A stretch of 30,691 bases of DNA from Candidatus Nanohaloarchaea archaeon (GTDB lineage Archaea; Nanohalarchaeota; Nanosalinia; Nanosalinales; Nanosalinaceae): NCBI GenBank assembly GCA_042217585.1, contig JBDGSJ010000020.1:1-30691 (forward strand), read 5' to 3'. How positions within the stretch are numbered: position 1 is the first letter of the stretch; each line of letters opens with the position of its first letter. This document shows, one piece after another, positions 9,155-17,924 of this stretch. Below the pieces are notes generated by a model that was not told the DNA's origin, ran no database searches, and saw only the letters and a program-made list of their open reading frames with translations. The position numbers and the translations under genes are program-made.

Positions 9155-10378
9155 ATGACAGACAAAGACGTGTCTGACAAAGTAGAGAACGAAGACGAGG
9201 AAAAGCGGGAGAAAAGAGAGAAGGAATCTCGCGACGGTGACGGGAAAAAACAGAAGGTCCAGTTCCCGCAGTACTTCCAGCAGAAAAAGAAGGATGATAA
9301 TCCTAACGGTACTAATCTCAAGACTCCTGTCCTCAGAGGAGTCGTTGTCTCAGAGTACGACGGCGAAAGGATCTGGGTGGAAGCTTCCGGAAACATGAAG
9401 GGGCGGTACGGTGTAGAGGTCCCCAAGGGATACGATGTTGAGGACTTCAGTCCGGGCACAGAGGTCGGACTGGACCCCAACACGTTCAAGGTTACCGATA
9501 TAGTGGAGAAGGGTAAGGACGCCGAATTCAGCCCCATCGACACGGACGTGACATTTCAGGACATCGGAGGCCTGAACCACATCATAAAGGCGCTCAAGTC
9601 GAACGTCGGCGCCCAGCTGGACCAGGAGAAGCAGAAAAAGATACAGGAATGGGATATGGACCTTGACAAGTCCATCCTGCTCATAGGAAAGCCGGGAACG
9701 GGGAAGACCCACCTCGTCAAGGCTTTGAGCAACGAGTACAACGCGGACATGTTCATGATAAACGGACCTCAGATGGTGGAGAAGTTCATCGGAGAGGGAG
9801 CCAAGAAGGTGAAGAGGCTGTACGAGCAGGCCCGCGCCTCCGACAGGCCCGCCATCGTCTTCATCGACGAGATAGACGCCATCGCGAAGAAACGGCTTGA
9901 CGACAGGCGTCACGGCGGCGAGGAGGTCGAGCGGACCATGAGTCAGCTTCTTTCAGAGCTTGATGGTCTTGACTCGGCGGAGGACAGCAACGTGATATCG
10001 ATCTTTGCGTCGAACACTCCGGATATAATGGATCCGGCGCTCCTGAGCAGGTGCAACGCCATAGAGGTGCCTGTGCCTGACAGGGAGGCCAAGAAGGAGA
10101 TTCTTCAGATCCACTGCAGGAAGATGGATCTCGCGGAGGAGATCGACCTGGGGGTCCTGGCGGAGGAACTCGATGAGGACTTCACAGGCAGAGATATCAA
10201 GCAGATATCCCGTCAGGCAGCGGTGAACGCACTGGAGAGGTCTGAAGATGTTCCGGAGGCCGAGATAAAGATGGTCGACTTCGAGGAATCCATCCAGGAA
10301 CTGAAGGAGGGCAACCTCGGAGTCGAGAAGGAGTTCCTGTCCGACGAGAACATCCATCCGGACGAGATGTTCGCGTGA
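9155..10378 (+). CDS. Divergent proteasome-activating nucleotidase (PAN)-like AAA+ ATPase
   Basis: OB-fold-like segment, TFQDIGGL, Walker A GKPGTGKT, pore loop KFIGEG, Walker B IVFIDEID, EVERTMSQLLSELDG, and C-terminal MFA (HbYX-like). GGTGAG SD-like sequence precedes ATG 9155. Confidence 0.8.
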   Translation: MTDKDVSDKVENEDEEKREKREKESRDGDGKKQKVQFPQYFQQKKKDDNPNGTNLKTPVLRGVVVSEYDGERIWVEASGNMKGRYGVEVPKGYDVEDFSPGTEVGLDPNTFKVTDIVEKGKDAEFSPIDTDVTFQDIGGLNHIIKALKSNVGAQLDQEKQKKIQEWDMDLDKSILLIGKPGTGKTHLVKALSNEYNADMFMINGPQMVEKFIGEGAKKVKRLYEQARASDRPAIVFIDEIDAIAKKRLDDRRHGGEEVERTMSQLLSELDGLDSAEDSNVISIFASNTPDIMDPALLSRCNAIEVPVPDREAKKEILQIHCRKMDLAEEIDLGVLAEELDEDFTGRDIKQISRQAAVNALERSEDVPEAEIKMVDFEESIQELKEGNLGVEKEFLSDENIHPDEMFA

Positions 10379-10384
10379 TAGTTC

Positions 10385-10591
10385 ATGGGAGAGGAAATTG
10401 AGAAGGAGTTCAGGCTTGACAGGGACTCCGCGGCGGATTTTCTCCGTGATATAGCGGGGTCGCTTGAGGAGGACGAGTCCCTGAACCTTGAGGGCGAGAA
10501 CTGGAAGATCCACCAGCCCATCGGGGACGACGTACCCCTCAGAGTCTTCTCCGGGGAGGACGGTCTGGAGATAGGACTGAAGATCAACTGA
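10385..10591 (+). CDS. Small amphi-Trp-domain-like protein
   Basis: Pattern E-x4-DRDSAADFLRDIAGSLE...LEIGL matches amphi-Trp proteins, but the terminal Trp is absent. Lies 6 nt after the ATPase. Confidence 0.6.
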   Translation: MGEEIEKEFRLDRDSAADFLRDIAGSLEEDESLNLEGENWKIHQPIGDDVPLRVFSGEDGLEIGLKIN

Positions 10592-10622
10592 ACCCCTTCA
10601 AATTTTTCCCCGTTTTTCAAAA

Positions 10623-11966
10623 TTATTCTGCTCTCGAAGTCGTGACATAGACACTCGGCCTGTCCAGGAGGAACTCCTCGACGAAGGAGATTATGTGGAC
10701 CACTCCCTGGAGGAAGAAGTATATCCAGAGGCTGAACGCCGCGAAGTACTCGAGGAACTGGTGGCTCTCTCCCTGCCTGTGGTCAAGCCCGAATATCGTG
10801 TAGGAAAGGACGGCAGGTGTCAGACCCATCAGGGTCCACAGGTAGCTGCCGTAGGGCAGGAAAACACCGGTATTGACTCCGAACTGCTGGATGAGGAAGA
10901 TGGGCAGTAGAAGGACCATGAACGCAGGGATGACCGCGTAGCCGAACGTGTAGATGGCGTCAAGTCTCTGCCCCGTGTCCATACTCGTGTCGCCCTTCAC
11001 CAGGGCTGGCAGATACCTGTCGGCGACCTGCATCCAGCCCCGGGACCACCTCTTCCTCTGGCTCCACCAGGCGTCCAGCGCGGCAGGGTTCTCCTCATAG
11101 GTAATTATCTCGTGGTCCACGGCGATCTCCTTCCCGTGCTCGTGTATCTTCATGGACATGTCGATATCCTCGACCAGTATCTCCTCATCGAACTCGCCGA
11201 GTTCATCGAAGACCTCCGACCGGAAGAACGCCTGTCCACCACCGAAGAACGTGAAGCCATTGAAAACGTGACGGGCGAATATGTCGATTCGCTCGGCTAT
11301 ATGGCGTTCAACCGTTGCGTGAAGAGCCAGAAGGGAGTCGTGGGCGTTCTCCCCGTAGCAACGACCCTTGACGCACCAGATCTCGTCGTCCGAGTGGAAC
11401 CACCGGACCGCTCTATCCAGAGCGTCCTCCTTGAACCGGTGGTCGGCGTCTATACTTGCGATTATGTCGCCCTCGGCGTACTGGAGGGCGTAGTTCGTCG
11501 CCTTCGCCTTCCCGCCGCCAGGTTCATCCCTTTCCACGGCCTTAACAAAGTCGAACTCGTCCGCGGCCTCCTCCGCTATCTTCGCCGTGTCATCCGTGGA
11601 GTCGGCCTCGTAGCAGACTATCGCCTCCATCCGGGTCCTGGGGTAGTCGAGGTCCGCACACGCCTCTATCGTCCCCCTGAGGACCTTTTCTTCGTTGTAA
11701 GCGGGTATGAGTATCGATACCTCAGGTTTCTCCTCAGGCATATCTTCAGGAGGTTCTGCGGTCCCCAAGGAGAAAAGGGTCGACAGGTACTCTCTGCCGA
11801 CCAGCAACAGGAGGAAGAGAAGCAGGACCGTGTTGACCCCTCTCACGTAGTCGTCTAGCAACACCTGCGGGGCAAGCATGAACAGTACCAGGGCCGCTGA
11901 AACGGCCGCTGAGCGTGCGAAAGAGCCCGAAAGTACTGTGTTCTCCTCCGCTGTTTCGACCTCCAT
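10623..11966 (-). CDS. Membrane-bound processive GT2 glycosyltransferase (cellulose/PNAG synthase-like)
   Basis: Motifs SILIPAYNEE, STDDT, GGKA, IDADH, VED and QRKRW (D,D,D,QxxRW), with flanking TM helices. Confidence 0.9.
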   Translation of the reverse strand: MEVETAEENTVLSGSFARSAAVSAALVLFMLAPQVLLDDYVRGVNTVLLLFLLLLVGREYLSTLFSLGTAEPPEDMPEEKPEVSILIPAYNEEKVLRGTIEACADLDYPRTRMEAIVCYEADSTDDTAKIAEEAADEFDFVKAVERDEPGGGKAKATNYALQYAEGDIIASIDADHRFKEDALDRAVRWFHSDDEIWCVKGRCYGENAHDSLLALHATVERHIAERIDIFARHVFNGFTFFGGGQAFFRSEVFDELGEFDEEILVEDIDMSMKIHEHGKEIAVDHEIITYEENPAALDAWWSQRKRWSRGWMQVADRYLPALVKGDTSMDTGQRLDAIYTFGYAVIPAFMVLLLPIFLIQQFGVNTGVFLPYGSYLWTLMGLTPAVLSYTIFGLDHRQGESHQFLEYFAAFSLWIYFFLQGVVHIISFVEEFLLDRPSVYVTTSRAE

Positions 11967-12012
11967 GGAGAGAAATCAGTCGCGGAAATTAAAAAAGTGG
12001 GTCCGGCCGAGC

Positions 12013-12450
12013 TTATTCCATCCCTATCGGACCGGTGATGCTTCCCCTGATCACTCTATCGCCAAGGACCTCGCCGCTCACCCTGACCTCTACGTCAAGG
12101 GTTCTGCAGCCTTCTGCCTGTTCGAACCCGGGCAGTGAGAACCTCTCCTCCTGTGTGACAGGTATCTCCTCTCTGGGTGTGATTGACCGGACCCGGGAAC
12201 CGGCGATGCGGACCTCCTCCACCACGAGCGTTTCGGAGTGGGCGTTCCTGAGAATCACCTGGAGCTCTCCCGAGGTCGTGACCCCGAAGTCTGTCAGCCG
12301 GATGTCCTCACCTCCGAAACCGGAGTCCGATTTCATGCATCTACCGGAGGTCAGTGCGTAGAAGGCAGCCATGGTCACAGCGAGGACCAGCAGCATCCAT
12401 CCGTAGGTACTTATGTACTCGATCGCCGCCTGGCCCCGGGATGCTGACAT
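12013..12450 (-). CDS. Class III signal peptide (type IV pilin-like) protein
   Basis: MSASRG/QAAIEYISTYGWMLLVL gives a prepilin cleavage site with E at +5 and the TYGW motif common in DPANN pilins. Start at ATG 12450. Confidence 0.82.
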   Translation of the reverse strand: MSASRGQAAIEYISTYGWMLLVLAVTMAAFYALTSGRCMKSDSGFGGEDIRLTDFGVTTSGELQVILRNAHSETLVVEEVRIAGSRVRSITPREEIPVTQEERFSLPGFEQAEGCRTLDVEVRVSGEVLGDRVIRGSITGPIGME

Positions 12451-12496
12451 ACCACTTACTTGCCATCCTCTCCTTAAAGAACCGTGCCTCAGGTCT

Positions 12497-13051
12497 CTAA
12501 TCCGGGCTCCGTTTCTCAACGTGCTTCCTTATCTTCTCCAGCTTCTCCTCCTTCTCCATGGTGCTGGAGGACATGAGGAACTCCTGACAGAGCTTGTAGA
12601 GATAGCCGTTCATACCTCTCAACTCGCGGACCTTCCTCTCCGGCGCAGGCGGTATCTCATCCTTCCCGGCGTAGTACCTGTCCAGAAGCCTCTCCAGGTT
12701 CCTGTACATCAGGAACCTCTTCTGACCGATATCTTCCTCGGCACCTACCTCGGGCACATCCATCCTCCTGAGTTCCTCCATCCTCTCCCCGGCTCTCCTC
12801 CTGGCGGTCTCTTCAAGCTCCTCAAGTCTACCCTCCGGGTCGTGGACGAACTCGGATTCAAGCACCATCCGCGCATACCTGTTCCAGCGGTCCGTCTCAA
12901 GCCTGTCCTCGATATCCTCTACCGAGGCATAGGCCCTGAGATCGCCTGAGCCGGACAGACCTGTACCCCACAGTATCTCCTCCTCCCCCCGCTCCAGGAC
13001 CGCCAGCGTCTCGGGGGAGTGCTCCTCGATTATCTCGGAGTAGTCACTCAT
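12497..13051 (-). CDS. Hypothetical acidic protein
   Basis: ATG 13051 overlaps the end of the upstream gene; acidic and helical-looking; no family recognised. Confidence 0.65.
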   Translation of the reverse strand: MSDYSEIIEEHSPETLAVLERGEEEILWGTGLSGSGDLRAYASVEDIEDRLETDRWNRYARMVLESEFVHDPEGRLEELEETARRRAGERMEELRRMDVPEVGAEEDIGQKRFLMYRNLERLLDRYYAGKDEIPPAPERKVRELRGMNGYLYKLCQEFLMSSSTMEKEEKLEKIRKHVEKRSPD

Positions 13052-13946
13052 CGAGTTCACTCCTGATGAGGTCCCGTGCCTCTCCGCCATCGGCGCGTCC
13101 ATCCGTCTTCTCCATCACCTGTCCCAGCAGGTAGTTTATCGCTGATTCCCGTCCATCCCGGTAGTCCTGGACCGCTTCAGGGTTTTCATCCAGCACCTCG
13201 GAGACCTTCTTCTCAAGGTCGAAACCTTCTCCCTCCTCCGGCAGATCCCCGGTCCTGGCGAGTTCCTCCGCCATCCTCTGGAGATGGGTCTCGTTCTCGG
13301 ACCGCTCAAGCAGTTTTTCGGCCGCTTCCACGTCCACACCTGCTTCCGCACGGCGCATCTCCTCGAGTACATCCACCACTTTCCCGGGCTCGTGATCCTC
13401 TGAAAGCTCGAAGAACACCGACCTCAGGCCCTTGTCGACGATGAAGCTCGCGGACTCCCGGTCCAGGCCTTTCTCCACGAGCTCTTCGATATCTTCATCC
13501 CTGGTGACGACTAAGTCATCGACCTCGTACTCAAAGCCTGCCTGGTCCAGAGCTTCCCTGAAGCCCCTGGAGTCGACCAGGACCCCTTCCGTGGCGCTTC
13601 CTGTGGTGAAGGACAGCCTGTCCCTCTCGAAGATCCTCTCATCCACGAAGTGCTTCAGTTCACTGGAGAAGGGGTGGACCGTGCCTGATTCCTGCCCGGT
13701 AAGCTCGCGGGACCTCTCCGGTTCGACCAGCGAGTGCTCGCCGAACTTCTTCTCCGAGAGCGACCTGTCGCCGGGGAGCAGGCAGTGGACCGTCTCGCCC
13801 TCCCTGTCGACTATCAGGCTCTTCACTATCTGGCCCTCATCGACCTCACGTACCTCGGCCGCCTCTCCGCAGCTGTGGACCTCGGCGTGCTCCACGGTCT
13901 CGTATTCGATCCCGAGGTCTTCAAGGAAGCTGTCGGCTCTCATCAT
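13044..13946 (-). CDS. YbaK/ProX-type aminoacyl-tRNA deacylase domain fused to a GatB/YqeY C-terminal domain
   Basis: N-terminal part has AAEVR...QIVKSL, TGQESGTVHPF and FVDE (INS/YbaK superfamily). C-terminal ENPEAVQDYRDG...NYLLGQVM...GRAD is YqeY-like. ATGA overlap with the gatB stop. Confidence 0.85.
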   Translation of the reverse strand: MMRADSFLEDLGIEYETVEHAEVHSCGEAAEVREVDEGQIVKSLIVDREGETVHCLLPGDRSLSEKKFGEHSLVEPERSRELTGQESGTVHPFSSELKHFVDERIFERDRLSFTTGSATEGVLVDSRGFREALDQAGFEYEVDDLVVTRDEDIEELVEKGLDRESASFIVDKGLRSVFFELSEDHEPGKVVDVLEEMRRAEAGVDVEAAEKLLERSENETHLQRMAEELARTGDLPEEGEGFDLEKKVSEVLDENPEAVQDYRDGRESAINYLLGQVMEKTDGRADGGEARDLIRSELDE

Positions 13947-15349
13947 ATCATCTCCTTTATCTTTTCCCGGGCTTCCTTCGCCTCCGCCTTTCCGCGGCTC
14001 TTCTGCATCACCTGCCCGACGAGGAAGTTCAGCGCTTCGTCCTTACCGTCCCGGTAGTCCTGGACGGCCTCCTCGTTCTCCTGGACCGCTTCCTCGACGA
14101 AGCTCTCTATCTCGTCATCCTCTGCCATGAGAAGGTCTCTTTCCTCCACTATCTCTTCGGGGTCGCGCGGGTCCTCGACCATCTCACGGAGGACCTGCTC
14201 TGCATTCCTGTCCGATATCCTCCCGTCCTCCAGCAGTCCTATCACGTACTCCAGCCAGTCGTACTTCAGCCCGGATTCCGCGTAATCCGTCTCGTTGTAG
14301 TTGAGCGTCTTCTTCAGCTCTCCGGTCATCCAGGAAGCGACGATCTCGGTGTCGTGGTCACCGGCGAGGCTCTCGAAGTCCTCGGCTATCTCAGGGTCCA
14401 CAACCAGCGACTCAGCCACCTTCTCCGGAAGGTCGTACTCACCCATGAACCTCTCCAGCTTCTCCTTCGGGAGCTCAGGTATCCCCTCTCTGATACCGGA
14501 CCTGAAGTCCTGGTCCAGCTCCTGCCTCGTGAGGTCAGGGTCGAATATGTAGCCGTAGTCCTCCTCTGTCTCCTTCTGACGGAGCTTCTCGGTTATCTCC
14601 TGCGCGGCGTTGTAGCTGCGCGTCTCCTGCTCGACCTCACGGCCTCTCTTCCTCAGCTGTTTCTGGCGGGATATCTCGTAGCTCAGGGCCTGCTGTATCC
14701 CCTTCATCCCGGTTATGTTTTTCACCTCTACGCGCTCTCCTCCCTCCAGAGAGATGTTGGCGTCGCTCTTTATCGAGAACTCGGATTCCGGACTGTAGAC
14801 GTCGAGGTACTCCAGCGTGCGGACCAGCTGCTGGAGGTACTCCCTAGCATCCCCCGGCGAGCTGAAATCCGGCTCGGTTACTATCTCGAGTAGCGGGGTG
14901 CCTGCCCGGTTGTAATCCACCTTGGTGTAGTCCGAGTCCGCGACAGATCCTCCGCTGTGCTTCAGTCTTGCCGGGTCCTCCTCGATGTGGAGGCGCTTGA
15001 TACCCACCTCCTTCCTATCGTCTCCTATCCTGACCTCTATACTGCCGTCCTCACCGACAGGGAGCTCGTACTGGGTTATCTGGTAGTTCTTCGACATGTC
15101 CGGATAGAAGTAGGTCTTCCGCGAGAAGAATATGTCCTCGTTGATATCACAACCAAGTGAAAGTGCGGTCTTCACTGCCCGCTCAAGCACGTTCCTGTTC
15201 AGCCTCGGCTTGCTTCCCGGATGCCCCAGACAGATCTCACAAACGTTCTCATTTGGCTCATCCGCCTCCTCGTTCGGACATCCGCAGAAAAGCTTCGTTT
15301 CAGTATCCAGCTGGACATGGGTCTCGAGCCCTATCTTTACCTCGGACAT
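13943..15349 (-). CDS. gatB: Asp/Glu-tRNA amidotransferase subunit B
   Basis: Motifs IGLETHVQL, TKLFC, RKTYFYPD, YQITQ, RLHIEEDP, DYNRAGTPLLEIVTEP, DANIS, RVEVKN; YqeY tail. Confidence 0.97.
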   Translation of the reverse strand: MSEVKIGLETHVQLDTETKLFCGCPNEEADEPNENVCEICLGHPGSKPRLNRNVLERAVKTALSLGCDINEDIFFSRKTYFYPDMSKNYQITQYELPVGEDGSIEVRIGDDRKEVGIKRLHIEEDPARLKHSGGSVADSDYTKVDYNRAGTPLLEIVTEPDFSSPGDAREYLQQLVRTLEYLDVYSPESEFSIKSDANISLEGGERVEVKNITGMKGIQQALSYEISRQKQLRKRGREVEQETRSYNAAQEITEKLRQKETEEDYGYIFDPDLTRQELDQDFRSGIREGIPELPKEKLERFMGEYDLPEKVAESLVVDPEIAEDFESLAGDHDTEIVASWMTGELKKTLNYNETDYAESGLKYDWLEYVIGLLEDGRISDRNAEQVLREMVEDPRDPEEIVEERDLLMAEDDEIESFVEEAVQENEEAVQDYRDGKDEALNFLVGQVMQKSRGKAEAKEAREKIKEMI

Positions 15350-15413
15350 ACCAGAGAATTCCCTCTAAATCCTTAAAAGTATGTCACTGGGTCCTCCCGT
15401 GACCCTGGACCGT

Positions 15414-16790
15414 TCAGTGGTCGGTCCTCTCCCGGTAGGTGTGGGCGACGTCCAGTACCGTCTGCTCGTCGAAGTGGTCACCGACTATATGGAGACCGGT
15501 CGGCATCCCCTCGCTCTCGCCGTTCGGGACCGATATCATCGGCATCCCCGCAAGGTTCGGACCAACCGTCAGCGTATCCATCGCGTATATCTCGGTCGGG
15601 CTCATCTCCTCCGCCTCCTCGATCTTCGGCGCTATGTTCGGCATCGAGGGAGATGCGAGAACATCGTACTCCTGGAAGGCCTCCCGGAACTGGCCGATTA
15701 TCTTCCTGCGGACCTTCGCCGCCTTTATGTAGTACTGGTCCCTGTAACCGGCCATCCGGGTGTAGGTCCCGACAAGTATCCTGCGCTTCGCCTCCTCGCC
15801 GAAGCCCTCGGACCTTATCTCGGAGAAGTACTCGTTGAAATCCTCGTAGTCCTCCGGGTCCTTCTCCATGCCGTACCTCATGCCGGACAGCTTCGCCAGG
15901 TTTGTGGAGGCTTCACCCATCGCAAGCACGTAGTAAGCCGGGACCGCGTACTCGGCGGAGAGCAGAGGCATGTCGACCTCCTCCACAGTGGCTCCCATCT
16001 CCTCCAGGTCCCTGAGAGACCGTTCGAAGTTCTCCCTGACGCCTTCCTGCAGTCCATCCAGCTCGCTGTACTGCTTCGGTACCCCTATCCTGAGGTCCTC
16101 CCGTTCCTCGAGTTCCTCGTCGTATTCAGGGACCGGCTTCTCCACCGTCGTCTGGTCGTTCTCGTCGTGTCCGGCGATGACCTTCAGGCCCTTCGCCGCG
16201 GACCTCACAGAGTCCGTTATCACCCCTATCTTGTCCAGAGAGTTGGCGTAGTCGATCAGTCCGTAACGGGAGACCCTTCCATAGGTCGGAGTTATCCCGA
16301 CGACGCCGTTGTAGGCGGCCGGGTTCGTTATCGAGCCGCCGGTCGACTCGCCGAGCGAGATGACGGGGCGGTCCATCGCCGCCACGATCGCTGCCGCACC
16401 TCCCGAGGACCCTCCGACAACTCTCTCCGGGTCGTGAGGGTTCTTCGGGATGTCGAAGGCGCAGTTCGTCGAGAAGGTCCCGAAGCCGAACTCGTCCTGC
16501 TGGGTCTTTCCGTAGAACCTGGCGCCCGCGTCCTTCATCCTCTCGATGACCGTTGCGTCGAATACCGGCCTGTAGTCCTCAAGTATCCGTGAACCGGCGG
16601 AGGAAGTCACTCCCTCGGTGCATATCGCGTCCTTGGCGACGAAGGGTACTCCGGAGAGCTCTCCTTCCCCGGGATCCAGGCGCTCTATCTCCCTCATGAA
16701 ACCGTACTTGGAGTCCTTCTCCTGGAGCTCCTGGTAGAACTTCCTGTGAAAACCCTGCGGCGTCTCGCCCGCAATTTTCTTGATATCCAT
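15414..16790 (-). CDS. gatA: Asp/Glu-tRNA amidotransferase subunit A
   Basis: Amidase signature KD, GGSSGG, ESTGGSI, PTYGRVSRYGL, RSEGFGEEAKRRILVGTY. ATG 16790 has a TATA-like box upstream. Confidence 0.96.
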   Translation of the reverse strand: MDIKKIAGETPQGFHRKFYQELQEKDSKYGFMREIERLDPGEGELSGVPFVAKDAICTEGVTSSAGSRILEDYRPVFDATVIERMKDAGARFYGKTQQDEFGFGTFSTNCAFDIPKNPHDPERVVGGSSGGAAAIVAAMDRPVISLGESTGGSITNPAAYNGVVGITPTYGRVSRYGLIDYANSLDKIGVITDSVRSAAKGLKVIAGHDENDQTTVEKPVPEYDEELEEREDLRIGVPKQYSELDGLQEGVRENFERSLRDLEEMGATVEEVDMPLLSAEYAVPAYYVLAMGEASTNLAKLSGMRYGMEKDPEDYEDFNEYFSEIRSEGFGEEAKRRILVGTYTRMAGYRDQYYIKAAKVRRKIIGQFREAFQEYDVLASPSMPNIAPKIEEAEEMSPTEIYAMDTLTVGPNLAGMPMISVPNGESEGMPTGLHIVGDHFDEQTVLDVAHTYRERTDH

Positions 16791-16854
16791 GGATAAACGG
16801 TTCGAGCAGAATCTTAAAAACTCCACCGGCCTTCACGCCGGTATCCCGTTCCTC

Positions 16855-16965
16855 TCATTCATCCGCCTCGTCGACGTGGAAGGTCTTTCCGCAGGACTCG
16901 CAGGTCCCGAAAAGCGGACGGTAACCTTTCCAGACCAGTTCTCCTCCACAGTCCGGGCATCTCAT
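16855..16965 (-). CDS. CPxCG-type zinc-finger microprotein (36 aa; not in the ORF track)
   Basis: Hand translation gives MRCPDCGGELVWKGYRPLFGTCESCGKTFHVDEADE*, with two CxxCG knuckles. Starts 2 nt after the upstream stop. Confidence 0.8.
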   Translation of the reverse strand: MRCPDCGGELVWKGYRPLFGTCESCGKTFHVDEADE

Positions 16966-16967
16966 CT

Positions 16968-17453
16968 TCAGACCTCGTGGAACTCCAGTTCGTCGGTCCT
17001 GGTATCCATGACTATAACGTGGATGGGTTCACCCGCGCCCTCTATCGCGATACCTCCAGGGTTCAGTTCGACGGTCTCCCCGTGCTCACGGACCTTTTTC
17101 TGGTGGGTGTGCCCCCTGAGGACGTAGTCGTACTTCCCGGACCGCGTCATCGCGTCGGCGATCTCCTCACGGGTGCCATGGTAGACACCGAACTTCACAC
17201 CATCGAATTCTATCTCGCCCGACTGACCGAGGTAGGTCCCGAACTCCTCCACGGTCTCCATGAGCTTCCACTCGCCGTCGTTGTTCCCGCGGACCGCATA
17301 GAAATCGAAATCTGCATCGAAGAGCTCCGCGGTGAATGGCGCTACCACGTCGCCACAGTGTATAACTTTCTCTACCCTGTCCTCGAGGAAATCGACTATC
17401 CTCTCCGTCTTTTCAAGGTTGTCGTGAGTGTCAGAAACTATACCTATCTTCAT
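16968..17453 (-). CDS. Metallophosphoesterase (YfcE/MJ0936 family)
   Basis: Motifs SDTHDN, HCGD, RGNND, HG, GHTH, NPG. Confidence 0.92.
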   Translation of the reverse strand: MKIGIVSDTHDNLEKTERIVDFLEDRVEKVIHCGDVVAPFTAELFDADFDFYAVRGNNDGEWKLMETVEEFGTYLGQSGEIEFDGVKFGVYHGTREEIADAMTRSGKYDYVLRGHTHQKKVREHGETVELNPGGIAIEGAGEPIHVIVMDTRTDELEFHEV

Positions 17454-17456
17454 GAG

Positions 17457-17735
17457 TCACGCACTGGGTCCCTTGAAGAATCCTTCTTCCTCGTTTTCGG
17501 TGTTAGAGAAGACCTCATCCTTTTCCAGGGTCTCCTCCTTCACATCGTCCCTGGCCTCAGGTTCAACATCCACAGGGTGGAAGGCGGGCTCCACTCCCTC
17601 GGTATCCACCTCTTCTATCTTCTCGAACATCTCAAGTATATCTTCGAACTCCTCCGCGAACTCCTCGGCCTCTTCTTCATCTATATCTATCCTCGCGTTC
17701 TCCGCGGTCCTCCTCACTTCCTCGACATCCACCAT
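17457..17735 (-). CDS. gatC: Asp/Glu-tRNA amidotransferase subunit C
   Basis: 92 aa with ARI, EVDTEGVEP, RDD and GFFKGP; sits in the gatA/gatB cluster. Confidence 0.92.
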   Translation of the reverse strand: MVDVEEVRRTAENARIDIDEEEAEEFAEEFEDILEMFEKIEEVDTEGVEPAFHPVDVEPEARDDVKEETLEKDEVFSNTENEEEGFFKGPSA

Positions 17736-17885
17736 GATCTAATTTTCCGGTCCAAGCTTTTTGAAATCTTCAGGTGGTGTGCCGGAAACAGTTTTCAGGT
17801 CTTTTACAGGCAGATTAGAGGGTCTGTGAACGGTCGTGAACAGTAGATGTTTGATTTCTACGAACAGTCTTTTCCCGTCAAAACC

Positions 17886-17902
17886 ACCAAACATTTATAA
17901 AG
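17886..17902 (+). promoter_or_regulatory. Putative archaeal promoter (TATA box TTTATAA) upstream of the hairpin array
   Basis: TTTATAA at 17894-17900 with an A-rich upstream element; expected transcription start around 17920-17926. Confidence 0.6.
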
Positions 17903-17924
17903 CACAGAATGAAATGTTAGAGTA

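Noticed and set aside
13044..13250. The YqeY-like tail as a misassembled duplicate of gatB
   Set aside because: It is only about half identical at protein level and in frame with the YbaK domain, consistent with an old, real fusion.
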